A stretch of DNA of 64,000 nucleotides from an uncultured Nitrososphaerales archaeon (GTDB lineage: Archaea > Thermoproteota > Nitrososphaeria > Nitrososphaerales > Nitrososphaeraceae), in the NCBI GenBank assembly GCA_963841565.1, contig CAWJCY010000012.1, positions 192,001-256,000 of the forward strand, given 5' to 3'. The notes beneath the pieces are model-generated. The model saw only the letters and a list, made by a program, of their open reading frames with translations, searched no databases and was not told the DNA's origin. Made by a program: the position numbers and the translations under genes. The number at the start of each line of letters is the position of its first letter. The first letter of the stretch is position 1. Shown here piece by piece: positions 60,471 to 64,000 of this stretch.

Positions 60471-61550
60471 GTGTTAGGTTTATTACTCATTCTACATAGT
60501 AATTGCACATTGATCGCAAATATTAGAAGGCATCCACAGAATTCATTAGTTTTGACCTGTTTCATTCTAGCAGCCACATCAGGAATAGTATTATTCAGTG
60601 GAGTCAGCGTTAATACGACTTACAACGGTAATCAAGCACAAGCACAGACCCAAGATCAGCAGCAGCAACAACAACAACAATCACAGGTAGGGCAGACAAG
60701 TATCACCATATTATGGGAAACACCAGATGACCTGAAGAACCCAGAATCAGTGGTCTATGCGCCTAAACAAAATGTATTGTACGTTTCTAACATAGATGGA
60801 AAACCAGATCAGAAAGATCAGAACGGATTCATTTCCAAGATCTCACCTTCTAATGGGAGCATCGTTGAATTAAATTGGATAACAGGACTAAATGCACCAA
60901 AAGGTATGGCTATTTATAATAATAATAGTAGTAGCAGATTGTATGTTTCAGATATCACAGATCTGGTCGAGATAGATATTGGAAGTGGAAAAATAATCAA
61001 GCGTTTCAACGCACCAGGAAGTGTTTTTCTTAATGATGTTGCATTAGATAATCAAGGAAATATCTATGTATCTGATACAGTTACAGATACTATCTACAAA
61101 CTAGATGCGAACGCCAAGGATAGTAATAATACATCTCTACAAGCTTGGTTGCAAAGCCCACAATTAAATGGTCCTAATGGTTTGCATATCGATAATACTA
61201 AAAATAGATTAATTGTCGCTTCTTTGGGAAATATGAGTAAACCTGGAGCCGGCATAGAAGTTGTTGATTTAAAAAATAAGACAATAAGCAGTTTGGGAAA
61301 GGAAGGAACGACCTCTCCTTTTGGCGGCCTTGATGGGATAGAATCTGACGCTTCTGAAACACGTTACTATATTACTGACAACCCCGCAGGAAAGATCTAT
61401 AGTGTTAACGCAGACGGAGCAGGGTATACAAATTTGATAGATTTACAAACAAAGGGGGCTGCCGACCTAGGATTTATACCAAGCCAAAGTGCTATTGTAA
61501 TACCTCTTATGCAGGAAAATAAACTTGTAGCTTACAAGCTAGTAGAATAG
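60471..61550 (+). CDS. secreted beta-propeller (SMP-30/gluconolactonase-like) with poly-Gln linker
   Basis: PESV, LYVSN, LNAPKGM, FLNDV, IYVSD, GPNGL, GLDGI repeats; start position uncertain. Confidence 0.85.
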   Translation: MLGLLLILHSNCTLIANIRRHPQNSLVLTCFILAATSGIVLFSGVSVNTTYNGNQAQAQTQDQQQQQQQQSQVGQTSITILWETPDDLKNPESVVYAPKQNVLYVSNIDGKPDQKDQNGFISKISPSNGSIVELNWITGLNAPKGMAIYNNNSSSRLYVSDITDLVEIDIGSGKIIKRFNAPGSVFLNDVALDNQGNIYVSDTVTDTIYKLDANAKDSNNTSLQAWLQSPQLNGPNGLHIDNTKNRLIVASLGNMSKPGAGIEVVDLKNKTISSLGKEGTTSPFGGLDGIESDASETRYYITDNPAGKIYSVNADGAGYTNLIDLQTKGAADLGFIPSQSAIVIPLMQENKLVAYKLVE

Positions 61551-62199
61551 AAGCCCATGGATAGTGTGGGCCATGTGACCTTTTCTTTTTTATGCATTAA
61601 AGCTAATTGACCGTTCAAGTCAACTTCTTTATAATACTTGGGGCCAAAAGTTTGTGAACCAAATTATACATTTCTTTGGGTCCCAATACCGTTTAAGATC
61701 AGCACCGGCTAGTATTGAAAGAATATTACAGGACTCGTTGATCAAAGAGCTCGTTCAGTTGGCAAGAACAACCTCTTCCAAGGTGCTGATTGAATAGGAT
61801 ATCTTGGTAATACTCGACTATACTGATTTACATGCAAATTTCGTCCCGGCCTACATAATTGAAATACTTTAGATACTCCAAAGTATCAAATCATCTTGAA
61901 CGATGCTGAATAAACGCCCACTAGGCAAATTTTTTGGAATCGTTCAATACGAGGCTGTTCATCTAAAATATTCTGAACAGCTGAGCGTCAAAGCTGACTG
62001 AACGCTTATTGAACGCCGTGTTCATATGGGGTTGTATACAAATCTGTGTACAACCCCAAAATGCTGTACACAGTTTCCGCATACATCCCAGCCAAGTTAG
62101 AAAATATGCTAACGTAGCCACCAAATCAAGACTAGCAAGACAATTTCGGCGACCGACTCGGGTTCACATCGCGCGTATGATCTTAAGAAAGAGTCTACA

Positions 62200-62911
62200 C
62201 TACCCTAAAACAAGACTGCTAATTATATTAATGGCCGTAACTGGACTGTAATAGGCCGAGGGCTGTGCAGAATACGTTACCACATACCATTTATTATCTT
62301 TGAAAGTCCAGGCCTGTGTCTGTTTAATATCCGATATGTTATTGGTTATTAAATATGTAATCTGATACCCTGGCAGTCCTGATATTACTGTAGGAACAGA
62401 TTGCAACAATGTAACGTTACCAAAAGTTTGCCTTAGATGAGCAATAGTAGAATTCAAGGTTTCATTTATCAGAAATTTGGCAGGTTTAGAAGCGTCAACT
62501 GCACTAGCAATCGGTCTAGTTGGCTGAATAGCAAGAGAACCAACGCTAGTATCCAGAGACTTATTCATAATACCCTTCAAATATTCACTCTGATTTAATA
62601 TGACAACATTCGCGTTCTCAGAATAGCTATGTATACCTTTGAACCCAGTAAGATAAAAGTCTGCTATTATATTGTTACCTGAAATATTTCCCAAATTTTC
62701 AAGCATGTTCCAATTTGAAGGGTACTTGACTCGCACGCCTGCAGTCATATTTTCGTATGTCCGATAACTTACTTCAGATGAATTCCCGTCAAAGTCGAAA
62801 TAAACCTGACCGGCTACTGAGAACTGTTGAGCTGAGATATGGATATGAATTCATAAAGATCAGAAGCACAATCAAGCCACTTACTATAACCTGTGGGGTA
62901 GAATGTCTCAT
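62200..62911 (-). CDS. secreted PsbP-like domain protein, split by one extra base at ~62850
   Basis: YRTYEN..AGVRVKYPSNW...ISGLPGY...WYVVTYSA....Y...IISSL. The upstream frame gives a signal peptide MRHSTPQVIVSGLIVLLIF. Confidence 0.7.
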
Positions 62912-63421
62912 TTTTTGCCGCCAGTATACCTCCTTCAAAGTAACTGGATATGATAGTTTAATTTTATTTCAATATTTCTATCCCATCCCTTTACTCTATA
63001 TTTTTAATTTGAATGTGAATGTGACCCACCAAGATAATTATTTCATATTTTTCAGATAAAATGCTCTCCGTTAAGGTTTCTTTATCTATTGTAATGTCGT
63101 TTTCAGTGGTAGTGGTGGTATTGTCAGCCTTTCTCACGGTGATGCTTTCTTCCATGTCGCCTTTCTGAGCATTGATGGCCAGTGCCTTACTTTTTCCTGC
63201 TCAAATAAACATACCAATGTCGACAAATGTTAGGTATTTGCAGTCAAGGAAGGATTTCTATATCCGTAACCAAGGGTATAATTGGCAAGATCAATTATGA
63301 AAGCCCAAAACTTTTAATGGGATATATTGGACGGAGGAGCCCTAGATTCTTGTAATGTTGGAGCTCAGTTTTATTGCTCATGCTGATTTCTAAGTTGAAT
63401 ATCAACGTCTAATTCTATCAC

Positions 63422-64000
63422 TTACTTTTTGCTTTCTGTCACCCTTTTATCCCGAGCAGCCCTATTGCCTTCCCTTTTACTCCTCAAATAGTCAATAAAA
63501 TATGTAGCAAAAGCTCCTACAAACCCACCAGCGAGGATTGCCAATGGAGTTCCGTATGTAACCCAGAAATCTTTGAAAGTCTGAGCCATTGATGGGGGAT
63601 CAATGACTGAAAAAGTCAAGTTAACGTATCTACTTGCAAAGTTCTCAGCTGGGAGAGAAAGGTTGATTCCTGGTAATTCTATAAATCCTGATGGAAAAAG
63701 AGATCCGGTCGATATATTTACTAACATCGGTATAGTATGCAATCCTATATTAACACCACTCGGAATTCGGATCCTAAATGATGCTGGACTGATAGCAGAG
63801 GTAGTCTCATTTAATGTTGCTTTACTAGTTTGTTCAATGCTAATTTCCGAAGAGTCTTTTACTGGGATAAATGACATTGAATCTGGGAGAGTTCCGGAGC
63901 TTGAAACAAGCTGAAGTCCAATATCTAACTCTTCACCTCGCACTATTTCTATGTTCGATGGGGTGGTTGAAAATGAATAAGTTGGAGGTGGAATATCTAT
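63422..64000 (-). CDS. C-terminally anchored surface protein, partial (begins beyond window)
   Basis: Frame open to the window end (IDIPPPTYSFSTTP...), beta-rich, C-terminal TM plus basic tail. Confidence 0.75.
   Translation of the reverse strand: MDIPPPTYSFSTTPSNIEIVRGEELDIGLQLVSSSGTLPDSMSFIPVKDSSEISIEQTSKATLNETTSAISPASFRIRIPSGVNIGLHTIPMLVNISTGSLFPSGFIELPGINLSLPAENFASRYVNLTFSVIDPPSMAQTFKDFWVTYGTPLAILAGGFVGAFATYFIDYLRSKREGNRAARDKRVTESKK

Noticed and set aside
49941-60681. GAY (Asp) and CAR (Gln) triplet tracts at ~49941 and ~60655 as contingency loci
   Set aside because: Mixed codons and in frame; these are ordinary low-complexity linkers
62008-62080. Group II intron domain V (GAACGCCGTGT...)
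   Set aside because: The 3' half of domain V and domain VI are absent, and no RT ORF is nearby
62990-63200. Possible gene fragment on the - strand (MEESITVRKADNTTTTTENDITIDK...)
   Set aside because: About 45 aa with no recognisable family, too weak to call
1-64000. CRISPR array, IS element or provirus
   Set aside because: No regularly spaced direct repeats, transposase, integrase or att duplication of a tRNA 3' end was seen

Overview
Core-genome window of an ammonia-oxidising archaeon (Thaumarchaeota, most like Nitrososphaeraceae), inferred from gene content: archaeal r-proteins L7Ae/S28e/L24e/L37e, aIF5B, Alba, archease, SmAP, NpdG, cupredoxin-rich heme-copper oxidase cluster, DUF6659-like proteins. 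It holds housekeeping genes (cbiH, tyrS, ilvE, argH, sdhACDB, hisS, ndk, glmM, purU, rpiA, tsaC, topA), four tRNAs (Arg-TCG, Pro-CGG, Gln-TTG with a 10/11 intron, Leu-TAG with two introns), a cox operon whose subunit II carries a recently duplicated type-1 copper domain, a PspA-PspAA/HtpX-PspAB stress locus, a subtilase with a stand-alone I9 inhibitor, a rhodanese facing a GcvH-like/TusA fusion, and a more accessory-looking right end (~55-64 kb). Eight genes are split by single extra bases (probably sequencing errors) and sdhA also has an in-frame TGA. Many intergenic spacers contain nested, multi-branch hairpins (strongest at 61.6-62.1 kb and 32.4-32.5 kb); these are hand-folded, unverified ncRNA candidates. 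I saw no CRISPR array, rRNA, integrase or transposase.
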